A stretch of 64,000 nt of DNA from Angustibacter luteus (GCF_039541115.1 NZ_BAABFP010000002.1:682001-746000); one strand, 5' to 3'. Numbered from the stretch's first letter, positions 49,592 to 58,937 are shown. The notes: generated by a model from the letters alone, not told the origin. Program-made: numbers and translations.

Positions 49592-50485
49592 ATGCCTCGA
49601 ACAGCCAGACGCCCGACTCAAGACCTACCGCCGGTGTTCCTGGGCCGGGATGCCGTCACCCAAGGTGTCCTGACCCCGAACCAGCTGCGCGGACCGCTCG
49701 TTGAGCGCGTCTTGCAGGGCGTCTACCGTCCGAGCTGGACGCCCCTCACCCACGTGCTCGCGTGTCAAGCAGTGGCACTGGTGCTACCGGACGGCGCCTG
49801 CGTCACCGGCAGGTCCGCTGCCACCATGCGCGGCGTGCCGCTGGCCCGCGTAACCGATCCGGTGGAGGTGTGCGCACCCGAGGCGCTGCGGATGCCGAGC
49901 CGGCGTGGGGTCACGCTGCGACGATCGAAGCGCCCCATCGGCGAGGTGCACGACGTGGACGGCGTACCGCTGGCCAACGCTCAGCGGATGGCGTTCGACC
50001 TCGCCGCGCGGCACCCACTGGCCAGGGCGGTGGGCCATCTGGACGCCGTATCGCGCGCTGGGCTGGTCGACCCGGCAGGGCTCGCGATCTGGTTGGAGAC
50101 GCGCCACGAGAACGACGTGCGCGCCGTCCGTGACGCCGTGGCGCTCGTCGACCCGCGAACAGAGTCCATGCCGGAGTCGATGGCACGGGTCGTCCTGCGC
50201 CAGGCAGGTTTCGACGTGGTGCCACAGTTCGTCATTCGAGCCCGCGGAGAGTTCGTCGCACGGGTCGACCTGGCACTCCCGGAGCTCCGGATAGCCATCG
50301 AGTACGACGGCGCCTGGCACGCCCTGCGTGAACAGCTTCAGCGCGACCGCCGCCGCATCCATGAGCTGAGGCGCGCTGGCTGGATCATTGTCCACGTGAC
50401 GGCGGACATGCTCGCCAACTCCGCACTGCTCATCCATGCGATCGAGGACGCCGTCCGCGCAGCGACCTCCACCATTCGCGCTTGA
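49592..50485 (+). CDS. DUF559 / Vsr-like PD-(D/E)XK-fold endonuclease with AbiEi-like N-terminal region
   Basis: ESMPESMAR, FVARVDLA.PELRIAIEYDGAWH, QRDRRR..LRRAGWIIVHVT; many A/T-ending codons unlike neighbours. Confidence 0.85.
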   Translation: MPRTARRPTQDLPPVFLGRDAVTQGVLTPNQLRGPLVERVLQGVYRPSWTPLTHVLACQAVALVLPDGACVTGRSAATMRGVPLARVTDPVEVCAPEALRMPSRRGVTLRRSKRPIGEVHDVDGVPLANAQRMAFDLAARHPLARAVGHLDAVSRAGLVDPAGLAIWLETRHENDVRAVRDAVALVDPRTESMPESMARVVLRQAGFDVVPQFVIRARGEFVARVDLALPELRIAIEYDGAWHALREQLQRDRRRIHELRRAGWIIVHVTADMLANSALLIHAIEDAVRAATSTIRA

Positions 50486-50530
50486 CGTGCCTATTCGGCC
50501 CCGAAAACCACGTGAAGCGCGAATGGTGCG
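50470..50530 (-). repeat. Family B palindrome, right end of DUF559 cassette (contains the gene's stop codon)
   Basis: CACCATTCGCGCTTGACGTGCCTATTCGGCCCCGAAAACCACGTGAAGCGCGAATGGTGCG; opposite orientation to 49429 copy. Confidence 0.9.
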
Positions 50531-50533
50531 GGG

Positions 50534-51964
50534 TTAGGAGGGGCGCGCGTGCAGCTGCCGGGCGGCCTCGGCGATGGAGCCGGACATCGACGGGTACACC
50601 GTGAACGACGCGGCGACCTGGTCGACGGTGAGCTTCGTCTGCACGGCGAGCGCCACGGGGAAGATCAGCTCCGAGGCGCGCGGCGCCACGACCACACCCC
50701 CCAGCACCACCCCGGAACCGCTGCGGGAGAACAGCTTCACGAAGCCGTCGCGCACGTTCTGCATCTTGGCCCGCGGGTTCGTGGCCAGCGGCAGCATGAC
50801 CGCCTCGTAGCCGATGCCGGCCTCGTCCAGCGCGGGCGCGGACCAGCCGACGGTCGCGATCTCGGGGTCGGTGAAGATGTTCGCGGCCACGGCCCGCAGG
50901 TTCAGCGGGGCCACCGCGTCACCGAGCGCGTGCGACATCGCGGTCCGACCCTGCATGGCCGCGACGGACGCGAGCGGCAGCACCCCGGTGCAGTCGCCGG
51001 CGGCGTAGACCCCGCGGGCCGTCGTCCGGGACACCGAGTCGACCTGCACGTGCCCGGACGACGACAGCGCCACCCCCGCGGACGCCAGACCGACGTCCTC
51101 GGTGTTGGGGACCGACCCGACGGCCATCACGCAGTGCGAGGCCGACACGGTCCGCCCGTCGGTCAGCGTCACGAGCACGCCGTCACCGTCCCGCACGACC
51201 GACTCGGCCCGCGAGCGCCCGAGCACGTTCATGCCGCGCCGCTTGAAGACGTCCTCGATGACGGCGGCGGCGTCCGGGTCCTCCCCCGGCAGCACCCGGT
51301 CGCGCGAGGACACCAGCGTCACCTCGCAGCCGAGCCCGAGGTAGGCGTGCGCGAACTCCGCACCGGTGACCCCCGAGCCCACGACGACCACGTGCTCGGG
51401 CAGCTCGGGGACGTCGTACACCTGCTGCCAGGTCAGGATCCGCTCGCCGTCCGGCATCGCGGAGGCCAGCTCGCGCGGCCGGGCGCCCGTCGAGACGAGG
51501 ACAACGTCGGCGTCCAGCGTCTGCGTCGTCCCGTCGGCGCCCTCGACGACGACCCGTTCGGGCCCGTCCAGCCGCCCGGTGCCCCGCACCACGGTCACGC
51601 CGTCGCGCTCGAGCCGCGCGGCGATGTCCGCGCTCTGCGCCGCGGCGAGCGACTTCACCCGCTCGTTGACGGTGGGCATGTCGGCGCGGGCGACCTCACC
51701 GGGCTCCGGTGACTCGGCGAGCTTGACGCCCAGCCCCGCGGCGGCGAAGAAGCGGCTCATGAAGTCGGCCGTCGAGATCAGCGTCTTGCTGGGGACGCAG
51801 TCGGTGAGCACGGCGGCCCCGCCGACGCCGTCCCGGTCGACGACCGTGACGTCGGCGCCGAGGTGGGCGGCGACCAGAGCGCTCTCATAGCCGCCGGGGC
51901 CCCCGCCGACGACGACGACACGCTGCGCGGCACGACCGGCGACCTCACTGCTCACGTCGTCCAT
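50534..51964 (-). CDS. lpdA: NAD(P)H-quinone dehydrogenase (flavoprotein disulfide reductase family, Rv3303c-like)
   Basis: GGGPGGY, GGAAVLTDCVPSK (single Cys), GSGVTGAEF, YAAGDC, YPSMSGS. Confidence 0.9.
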   Translation of the reverse strand: MDDVSSEVAGRAAQRVVVVGGGPGGYESALVAAHLGADVTVVDRDGVGGAAVLTDCVPSKTLISTADFMSRFFAAAGLGVKLAESPEPGEVARADMPTVNERVKSLAAAQSADIAARLERDGVTVVRGTGRLDGPERVVVEGADGTTQTLDADVVLVSTGARPRELASAMPDGERILTWQQVYDVPELPEHVVVVGSGVTGAEFAHAYLGLGCEVTLVSSRDRVLPGEDPDAAAVIEDVFKRRGMNVLGRSRAESVVRDGDGVLVTLTDGRTVSASHCVMAVGSVPNTEDVGLASAGVALSSSGHVQVDSVSRTTARGVYAAGDCTGVLPLASVAAMQGRTAMSHALGDAVAPLNLRAVAANIFTDPEIATVGWSAPALDEAGIGYEAVMLPLATNPRAKMQNVRDGFVKLFSRSGSGVVLGGVVVAPRASELIFPVALAVQTKLTVDQVAASFTVYPSMSGSIAEAARQLHARPS

Positions 51965-51995
51965 CCAACCATCCCGACCCTCTAGCCTGTTGGCC

Positions 51996-52445
51996 GTGCC
52001 TCTGTACGCCGCCTACGGCAGCAACCTCGACTCGCGCCAGATGCAGCGCCGCGCCCCGCACTCGCCACCGTGCGGGACGGGGTGGCTGACCGGCTGGCGG
52101 CTGACCTTCGGCGGCGAGGACCTGAGCTGGCAGGGCGCGCTCGCGACCATCGTGGAGGACCCGGTGGCCTCGGTGTACGTCGCGCTGTACGACGTGACGC
52201 TCGGGGACGAGGCGCTGCTGGACGACTGGGAGGGCGCCGGGCTGGGCGTCTACCGGAAGGTCCGGGTGCGGGTGCACACCCTGGACGGCGAGGACCTGGC
52301 CTGGGTGTACGTCGTCGACGGCTACGAGGGCGGGCTGCCGACGGCGCCGTACCTGGGCGAGCTGGCGGAGGCGGCGCAGTTCGCCGGCGCGCCCGACGAC
52401 TACGTGGCCGCCCTGCGCGCCCGCCCCTGCCGCTCCATCGGCTGA
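51996..52445 (+). CDS. Gamma-glutamylcyclotransferase-family protein
   Basis: LYAAYGSNL, GWRLTFGGE, LDDWEG, YEGGLP. Confidence 0.9.
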   Translation: MPLYAAYGSNLDSRQMQRRAPHSPPCGTGWLTGWRLTFGGEDLSWQGALATIVEDPVASVYVALYDVTLGDEALLDDWEGAGLGVYRKVRVRVHTLDGEDLAWVYVVDGYEGGLPTAPYLGELAEAAQFAGAPDDYVAALRARPCRSIG

Positions 52446-52454
52446 CCCCAGCGA

Positions 52455-52517
52455 CGCACCAATCGCGCTAGACGTGGCTATGCGGCCCTGAAAACCACGT
52501 GTAGCGCGAATGGTGCG
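52455..52517 (-). repeat. REP-like imperfect palindrome, family B solo copy
   Basis: CGCACCAATCGCGCTAGACGTGGCTATGCGGCCCTGAAAACCACGTGTAGCGCGAATGGTGCG; between convergent genes. Confidence 0.9.
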
Positions 52518-52533
52518 AGATCGGCGGGCGGGG

Positions 52534-53571
52534 TCAGTGGGCGAGCTGGTTGACGGCGGCGGCGAAGACGGGCGGCAGGGCGCGGGCGGCGGGGACGAGG
52601 GCGGCGCGCAGCACCGGACGTCGGGACGCGACCAGCAGCGCCCCGGTGATCCACCGGTACCGCCGGGACGCCGCCCGCCAGACCCGCGCGTAGTCCTGCG
52701 GGCGGCCGGCCACCAGGCACCCGACCGCTCCCCGGGCCGCGGCCAGCGAGACGGCGATACCCTCGCCGGTGAGCGCGTCCACGTACCCGGCTGCGTCGCC
52801 GACGAGCAGCACCCGACCGGCGACCACGGACGACGCGACCTGCCGCAGCGGACCCGCACCCCGCACGGACGACGACAACTCGGCGCCGTCCAAGCGGTCC
52901 CGCAGCGCCGGGAACCAAGCGAGCTGCTCGGCGTACGACGCCCGGCGCGAGGTCAGGACGGCGACCCCGACCTGGTCCGGGGCGACGGGCGTCACGTAGG
53001 CCTCGGCGTGCGCGCTCCAGTGCACCTCCACGAGGTCGGTCCAGGGGGCGACGGCGAAGTGCTGGCGTTGCCCGTACCGGGCCGGGGCGCGGCCGGACGC
53101 CGGACGGTCCAGTCCCAGGGACCGGCGCACCCCGGAGTGCAGCCCGTCCGCGGCGACCGCGTAGCGGGCGCGCACGCCGGCCACCGAGACCGCGTCGTCG
53201 TCCTGGGTGAGCGCCTCCCCGCGCTGCTCCAGCACCGGGATCCCGGCCGCCCGCACCGCCCCCAGGAGCGCCTCGTGCAAGGTGGTCCGGCGCACCCCGC
53301 GCCCCGGACCGGCGCGGAAGCGGGCCCGAGCCACCCGCCCCGACGCGTCCAGGTAGGCGATGCCGGCGATGTCCACCCCCTCGACGTCGCCGGCCAGCGA
53401 ACGCACGGCGGACAGCGCGCCCGGCATCAGCCCCTCGCCGCACGCCTTGTCAACCGCACCGGAGCGCGGCTCCAGCACGACGACGTCCAGCCCGGCGCGG
53501 GCGGCGTACAGCGCGGTGGCCAGCCCGGCCGGTCCCCCACCGACGACGACCAGGTCGCGCAGCCTGGTCAC
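52534..53571 (-). CDS. FAD-dependent monooxygenase/oxidoreductase (SrsC/AgqC-like)
   Basis: VGGGPAG, DKACGEG, AADGLHS, LVGDAAGYVDALTGEGI. Confidence 0.88.
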   Translation of the reverse strand: MTRLRDLVVVGGGPAGLATALYAARAGLDVVVLEPRSGAVDKACGEGLMPGALSAVRSLAGDVEGVDIAGIAYLDASGRVARARFRAGPGRGVRRTTLHEALLGAVRAAGIPVLEQRGEALTQDDDAVSVAGVRARYAVAADGLHSGVRRSLGLDRPASGRAPARYGQRQHFAVAPWTDLVEVHWSAHAEAYVTPVAPDQVGVAVLTSRRASYAEQLAWFPALRDRLDGAELSSSVRGAGPLRQVASSVVAGRVLLVGDAAGYVDALTGEGIAVSLAAARGAVGCLVAGRPQDYARVWRAASRRYRWITGALLVASRRPVLRAALVPAARALPPVFAAAVNQLAH

Positions 53572-54089
53572 GGGCTCGCGACCAACGCGGCCAGCGCGGC
53601 GTTCTCCGTCCGGATCCGCACAGTCAGCACCACGGCGTTCGCGACCGTGAACAGCACCGCGGTCACCCACGCGGTGTGCACCAGCGGAAGCGCCACCCCC
53701 TCGACGACGACGGCGACGTAGTTCGGGTGGGTCAGCCAGCGGTACGGACCGCCGGTGATCCGCGGCGCCCCGGGCACCACGACGACCCGGGTGTTCCACT
53801 GCCGGCCGAGGGTCGCGATGCACCACCAGCGCAGCGCCTGGGTCGCGAGCACGACGGCGACCATCGTCCAGCCCAGCCAGGGCAGGAACGGCCGGTCGGC
53901 CACCGCCACCTCCACCACGGCGCCGACCAGCAGGCCGGTGTGCACGACGACCATGAACGGGTACAGCGACGCGCCCACCTCGTAGCCGCCGCGGGCCAGG
54001 CTCCACGCCAGGTTCCGCTTCGAGACCACCAGCTCGGCGAGCCGCTCGACCCCGACCGCGAGGACGAACGCGGTGTACCAGGTCACCAC
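53568..54089 (-). CDS. Isoprenylcysteine-carboxyl-methyltransferase-family membrane methyltransferase (SrsB/AgqB-like)
   Basis: [36 protein letters not shown]. Confidence 0.9.
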   Translation of the reverse strand: MVTWYTAFVLAVGVERLAELVVSKRNLAWSLARGGYEVGASLYPFMVVVHTGLLVGAVVEVAVADRPFLPWLGWTMVAVVLATQALRWWCIATLGRQWNTRVVVVPGAPRITGGPYRWLTHPNYVAVVVEGVALPLVHTAWVTAVLFTVANAVVLTVRIRTENAALAALVASP

Positions 54090-55147
54090 TGCAGCAGCAC
54101 CAGCTCGGCGCAGAACCCGGGCCCCATCGCCAGCAGCAGGCCGGGCGAGCCGGGCTCGGGACTGCGCTTGGCCAGGGTGTCGTGCAGAACGTGCAGCACC
54201 GAGGACGACGACAGGTTGCCCACGTCGGCCAGCGAGCGCCAGGTCAGCTCCAGGGCCTCCGGCGGCAGGTCGAGCGAGGCCTGGATGGCCTCGATCACCT
54301 TCGGGCCACCGGGGTGGGAGACCCAGGCGGCGACGTCCGGGACGGTGAGGCCGTGGTCGGCGAGCAGGCCGCGGACGTCGTCCCCGAGGTACTGGGTGAC
54401 GAGGTCCGGGACCTCGCTGCCGAGCACGATCTTCAGGCCGCCGCTGCCGACGTCCCAGCCCATCGCCCGCTCCGTGCCGGGGTACAGGTGGCTGCGCGAG
54501 TCCACGATGCGCGGCCCGCGCGCGGCGTCCGCGTCGGCGCGGTCGTCGCCGAGCAGCACGACCGCGGCGGCGCCGTCCCCGAACAGCCCGCTGGCGACCA
54601 GGTTGGCCACGGAGTCGTCGTCGCGCTGCAGCGTCAACGAGCAGAGCTCCACCGAGACGAGCACGGCGACGTCGCGCGGGTGCCCGAGCAGGTAGTCGTG
54701 CGCACGGGCGAGCCCGCCGGCCCCGCCCATGCAGCCGAGCCCGAGCAACGGCATCCGGCGGACGTCGGGGCGCAGGCCGATCCGGGTGGCGATCCGTGCC
54801 TCGATCGAGGGGACCGCCACCCCGGTGACGGTGGTCGAGACCACCAGGTCGACGTCGGACGGCGCCAGGCCCGCGGCCTCCAGCGCCCCGAGCACCGCCT
54901 GCGAGCCGAGGTCGACGGCGGCCTCGATGAACGCGTCGTTGCTCGCCCCGAACCCGCCGAGGTCGCGGTAGCGCTCGAGCGGCAGCGCGAGGTTGCGGCT
55001 GCCCACCTGGGCGCTGGTGTGCAGGCGTTCCAGCAGCAGCCGGCGGGCGTCGGGGCCGAGGCAGACGTCGGCGAAGACCTCGGTGATCTCCTGCTGGGAG
55101 TATCGGTACGGCGGGAGCACGGGCTGGACGGCCGAGATGCGGCTCAT
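54083..55147 (-). CDS. Type III polyketide synthase (SrsA/AgqA-like)
   Basis: Cys-His-Asn triad: GLGCMGG, SHPGG, VGNLSS; VELCSL, LFGDGA, MGPGF. Confidence 0.95.
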   Translation of the reverse strand: MSRISAVQPVLPPYRYSQQEITEVFADVCLGPDARRLLLERLHTSAQVGSRNLALPLERYRDLGGFGASNDAFIEAAVDLGSQAVLGALEAAGLAPSDVDLVVSTTVTGVAVPSIEARIATRIGLRPDVRRMPLLGLGCMGGAGGLARAHDYLLGHPRDVAVLVSVELCSLTLQRDDDSVANLVASGLFGDGAAAVVLLGDDRADADAARGPRIVDSRSHLYPGTERAMGWDVGSGGLKIVLGSEVPDLVTQYLGDDVRGLLADHGLTVPDVAAWVSHPGGPKVIEAIQASLDLPPEALELTWRSLADVGNLSSSSVLHVLHDTLAKRSPEPGSPGLLLAMGPGFCAELVLLQW

Positions 55148-55183
55148 CCGGGAAGCATAGGTACCCCGGCCTATGCTCGCCGG

Positions 55184-56014
55184 ATGGCTGCCCCGCTGGC
55201 GCTGGTCGGCGCCGCGCACCCCGCGCCCGCGGCGGCGGTGACGGCGTTGGCCGGGGTGCTGTCCGTGGCGGTCGGCGCGGACGCCGGGACGACGGCTCTC
55301 GTGGTCGCCGCCTTCGCCGCGGGACAGCTGTCGGTCGGCTGGTGCAACGACTGGTGGGACGCCGACCGGGACGCCGCCACCGGGCGCCAGGACAAGCCCG
55401 CGGCCACCGGGAGGGTGAGCCGGACGGCGGTCGGCCGGGCGGCCGCGGTCGCTGCGGTGGCGACGGTGCCGCTCTCGCTCGCGCTGGGCTTGCAGGCCGG
55501 CCTGGCGCACCTGGTCGCGGTGGCCGCCGCGTGGTCGTACAACCTGTGGCTCAAGGGAACCGTGCTCTCGTGGCTGCCGTTCGCCGTGGCGTTCGGGTTG
55601 CTCCCGGCGGTCGTCACGCTCGCCCTCGACCCGCCGGTGCCGCCGCCGGCCTGGCTGGTCGCGGCCGGCGCGCTGCTCGGGGTCGGAGCGCACCTGGTCA
55701 ACGTCCTGCCGGACCTCGAGGACGACCGCGCGACCGGCATCAACGGCTTCGGGCACCGGATCGGACGACGCGCCACGGCCGTGCTGGCCCCGCTGGTCCT
55801 GGTCGCGGCGACGGTCCTGGTCGTGCTCGGTCCGGACGACGACCCCGGCCCGGTCGAGTGGGTCGGCCTGGGCGTGGCGGTGCTCGCCGCCGCGGTCGCC
55901 GCGGTGGCCGGGACGTCGGCCCGGCCGCGGCGGCTGCTCGCCCTGGGGTGCACGGCGCTGGTGGCCGCCACCGACGTCGCGCTGCTGCTGGTCTCCGGCG
56001 CGACCCTGCGGTGA
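55184..56014 (+). CDS. UbiA-family prenyltransferase (AgqD-like)
   Basis: [17 protein letters not shown] and NVLPDLEDD aspartate motifs; multiple TMs. Confidence 0.88.
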   Translation: MAAPLALVGAAHPAPAAAVTALAGVLSVAVGADAGTTALVVAAFAAGQLSVGWCNDWWDADRDAATGRQDKPAATGRVSRTAVGRAAAVAAVATVPLSLALGLQAGLAHLVAVAAAWSYNLWLKGTVLSWLPFAVAFGLLPAVVTLALDPPVPPPAWLVAAGALLGVGAHLVNVLPDLEDDRATGINGFGHRIGRRATAVLAPLVLVAATVLVVLGPDDDPGPVEWVGLGVAVLAAAVAAVAGTSARPRRLLALGCTALVAATDVALLLVSGATLR

Positions 56015-56146
56015 CCTTGGCAGGAAATGTCCGACGGGCGTTCATCGCGTTGTTGATCTACCCGTGGCCCGTTCGTCCGGATGAGGGTTAACCTGCGGCT
56101 GGGCCTCGGGAGACAACCGCGGCCTCACCTCGACCTGGGAGGTCCC

Positions 56147-57274
56147 GTGCCACATCCGCTGAGAACGACTGCCGTGCTCGCCATCGCCGCCACCACCGTT
56201 GCCCTGGCGGCGTGCTCGCCACCGGAGAAGGAGGCGTCCGGCGACAGCAAGACGGCAGCGTCGGCGACCAGCGCCGCGGACCTGGGCGGGATGGACGGCC
56301 TGGTGGCCGCCGCGAAGAAGGAGGGCACGCTCAACGTCATCGCGCTGCCCCCGGACTGGGCGAACTACGGCGAGGTGATCAAGGGCTTCACGGCCAAGTA
56401 CGGCCTGAAGGTGAACTCGGCCCAGCCGGACGCGGACAGCGCGACCGAGATCTCGACGGCCAAGAACCTCAAGGGCCAGTCCACGGCGCCGGACGTGTTC
56501 GACCTCGGCCAGGCCGTCGCGCTGGCCAACACCGATGTCTACGCGCCGTACAAGGTGGCCGCGTTCGACAAGATCCCGACCGCGCTGAAGGACTCGAACG
56601 GCCTGTGGGTCAACGACTACGGCGGCTACATCTCCATCGGCTACGACGCCAAGAAGGTGCCCGCGCCGACCAGCTTCGAGGACCTGCTCAAGCCCGCCTA
56701 CAAGGGCAAGGTCGCCCTCAACGGCAACCCGACCAAGGCCGGCGCGGCCTTCTCCGGCGTGGTCGCGGCGAGCCTGGGCAACGGTGGCTCGGCCGATGAC
56801 ATCGCCCCGGGCGTCGACTACTTCAAGAAGCTCAAGGACGCCGGCAACCTGGTGCCCGTCGACCCGACACCGGCGACGATCCAGTCCGGCCAGACCGCCG
56901 TGGTCATCGACTGGGACTACAACAACGCCGGCCAGACCAAGGCGCTCGCGGGCAAGATCGACTGGAAGTCGGTCATCCCCCAGGGTGCCGTGACCGGGTC
57001 CTACTACGTGCAGGCGATCAACAAGGACGCCCCGCACCCGGCGGCGGCCCGGCTGTGGCAGGAGTACCTGTACACCGACGAGGGCCAGAACCTGTGGCTG
57101 CAGGGCGGGGCTCGTCCCGTGCTGGCCCAGGAGATGGTCAAGGCCGGCACGATCGACAAGGCCGCGAACGACGCCCTACCGCCCGTCGACGGCACCCCGG
57201 TGTTCATCACCGAGGCGCAGCGCTCGAAGGCCACGGACTACCTGAACGCCAACTGGCAGAAGGAGATGGGCTGA
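56147..57274 (+). CDS. ABC transporter substrate-binding lipoprotein (PotD/AfuA-like class)
   Basis: Lipobox LAAC, AAAKKEG.LN, APHPAAARLWQEYL; GGAGG RBS. Confidence 0.88.
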   Translation: MPHPLRTTAVLAIAATTVALAACSPPEKEASGDSKTAASATSAADLGGMDGLVAAAKKEGTLNVIALPPDWANYGEVIKGFTAKYGLKVNSAQPDADSATEISTAKNLKGQSTAPDVFDLGQAVALANTDVYAPYKVAAFDKIPTALKDSNGLWVNDYGGYISIGYDAKKVPAPTSFEDLLKPAYKGKVALNGNPTKAGAAFSGVVAASLGNGGSADDIAPGVDYFKKLKDAGNLVPVDPTPATIQSGQTAVVIDWDYNNAGQTKALAGKIDWKSVIPQGAVTGSYYVQAINKDAPHPAAARLWQEYLYTDEGQNLWLQGGARPVLAQEMVKAGTIDKAANDALPPVDGTPVFITEAQRSKATDYLNANWQKEMG

Positions 57275-58125
57275 ACCGGCGGAAGACGGCGGGCGCCTCG
57301 CTGGGCGTCCTGCCGTTCTTCGCCTTCGTGGCGGTCTTCCTGGTGGTGCCGACCGCGGTCGTCGTCGTGCAGGCGTTCCGCACCGACGACGGCGCACCGA
57401 CCCTCGGCAACGTCCGCGAGCTCGGGAACACCGACATCGTGCACGCCCTGGTCAACAGCGTGCTGCTGTCCGGGGTCACCGCGATCGTCGGCGCGGCCCT
57501 CGGCGCGGTGGTCGCCTACGCCGTCGTGACCGCTGCGCCAGAAGGGCTGCTGCGCCGGGTGGTGACCGCGGCGAGCGGGGTGCTCGCGCAGTTCGGCGGG
57601 GTCATGCTGGCCTTCGCCTGGATCGCCACGCTCGGGCTGTCCGGGCTCGTGCCGACGCTGCTGCGCGACCACCTGGGCACCGACGTCGACACCTCGTGGC
57701 TGTACGGCATGAGCGGCTTCATGCTGGTCTACCTGTACTTCCAGATCCCGTTGATGGTCATCGTGTTCCTGCCGTCGCTGGACGGGGTCCGGCCGCAGTG
57801 GCGCGAGGCCACCGAGAGCCTGGGCGGGACGACGTGGCAGTACTGGCGCCGGGTCGCCGGGCCGCTGCTCGCCCCGGCGTTCTTCAGCTCGACGCTGCTG
57901 CTGTTCGCCAACGCGCTGTCCGCCTACGCGACCGCAGCGGCGCTCAACGCGCAGAGCACGTTCATCCTGCCGCTGCAGATCGGCAACGCGATCGGCAGCG
58001 AGGTCGTGCTCGGCCGGCAGAACGTCGCCAAGGCCCTGGCACTGGAGATGGTCGTGATCGTCGCGATCATCATGGTCGCCTACGCCTTCATGCAGCGCCG
58101 GGCCGATCGGTGGTTGGCCCGGTGA
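57271..58125 (+). CDS. ABC transporter permease (start uncertain, possibly CTG)
   Basis: FGGVMLAFA, YFQIPLM, WREATESLGG EAA loop. Confidence 0.85.
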   Translation: MNRRKTAGASLGVLPFFAFVAVFLVVPTAVVVVQAFRTDDGAPTLGNVRELGNTDIVHALVNSVLLSGVTAIVGAALGAVVAYAVVTAAPEGLLRRVVTAASGVLAQFGGVMLAFAWIATLGLSGLVPTLLRDHLGTDVDTSWLYGMSGFMLVYLYFQIPLMVIVFLPSLDGVRPQWREATESLGGTTWQYWRRVAGPLLAPAFFSSTLLLFANALSAYATAAALNAQSTFILPLQIGNAIGSEVVLGRQNVAKALALEMVVIVAIIMVAYAFMQRRADRWLAR

Positions 58126-58937
58126 GCGCCACCGGACGTCGACGGGCGCGCTTCCAGCGCCGGCTGCGCTGGCTGGTGCTGGGCCTGGCCGTGGTCTTCT
58201 TCGTCACGCCGCTGTGGGCGATGGCGGTCTTCAGCACCTCCTCCCCGCACGGCGTCACGTTCGACACCTGGCGCCAGCTGCTGCACGTCGGCCAGCTGTC
58301 CCGGGACTACCCCAGCTTCGTCGACGGCGTACGGCTCTCGGCCATCCTGGTCGTCCTCACCGTGGTGCTGATGCTGGTGCTGCTGGTGCCGACCATGACC
58401 TGGGTGCGGCTGCGGCTGCCCGCCCTGCGCCGTCCGATGGAGTTCCTCTGCCTGCTGCCGTTGACGATCCCGGCGATCGTGCTGGTCGTCGGCCTGGCGC
58501 CGGTCTACGCGTGGGTCACCTACTTCGTCGGCCCGTCCAGCGTGTGGCTCTGCTTCGCGTACGTCGTCCTGGTGCTGCCCTACGCGTACCGGGCGATCGA
58601 CGCCGGACTGTCCGCGATCGACGTCCGCACCCTGTCCGAGGCCGCGCGCGGGCTCGGCGCCAGCTGGCCGCGGGTGTTCTGGTCGGTCATCACGCCGAAC
58701 ATCCGCACCGCACTGGTCTCCGCGTCGTTCCTGTGCGTCGCCCTGGTGCTCGGCGAGTACACGATCGCCTCGCTGATGAGCCGCAACAACCTGCAGGTGG
58801 GCATCCTGCAGCTGAGCCAGCGCACCCCGGCGATCTCGGTCGCCGTCTCGCTCGCCGCCCTGGTGCTGTGCTTCCTGCTGCTGATCGTCCTGACCCTGGC
58901 CACCGGCCACCGACGCAAGGAACGGGAGACCGGGTGA
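58122..58937 (+). CDS. ABC transporter permease
   Basis: LPLTIPAIV, LPYAYRAID, LSEAARGLGA; GTGA coupling. Confidence 0.9.
   Translation: MSATGRRRARFQRRLRWLVLGLAVVFFVTPLWAMAVFSTSSPHGVTFDTWRQLLHVGQLSRDYPSFVDGVRLSAILVVLTVVLMLVLLVPTMTWVRLRLPALRRPMEFLCLLPLTIPAIVLVVGLAPVYAWVTYFVGPSSVWLCFAYVVLVLPYAYRAIDAGLSAIDVRTLSEAARGLGASWPRVFWSVITPNIRTALVSASFLCVALVLGEYTIASLMSRNNLQVGILQLSQRTPAISVAVSLAALVLCFLLLIVLTLATGHRRKERETG

Larger units (their letters stand above)
49425..50534 (+). mobile_element. Candidate mobile cassette: DUF559 nuclease gene bounded by inverted family B palindromes
   Basis: Perfect 33-bp inverted repeat ACCCCGCACCATTCGCGCTTCACGTGGTTTTCG at 49425-49457 and 50502-50534; single internal ORF with atypical codon usage; no TSD or known transposase seen. 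Confidence 0.55.

Noticed and set aside
49425..50534. Classical IS element
   Set aside because: ORF shows no DDE, HUH/Y1 or serine/tyrosine recombinase motifs and no target-site duplication; kept only as a candidate novel element.
41044..52517. Family A/B repeats as a CRISPR array
   Set aside because: Copies are dispersed kilobases apart with no regular spacers, and no cas genes are present.
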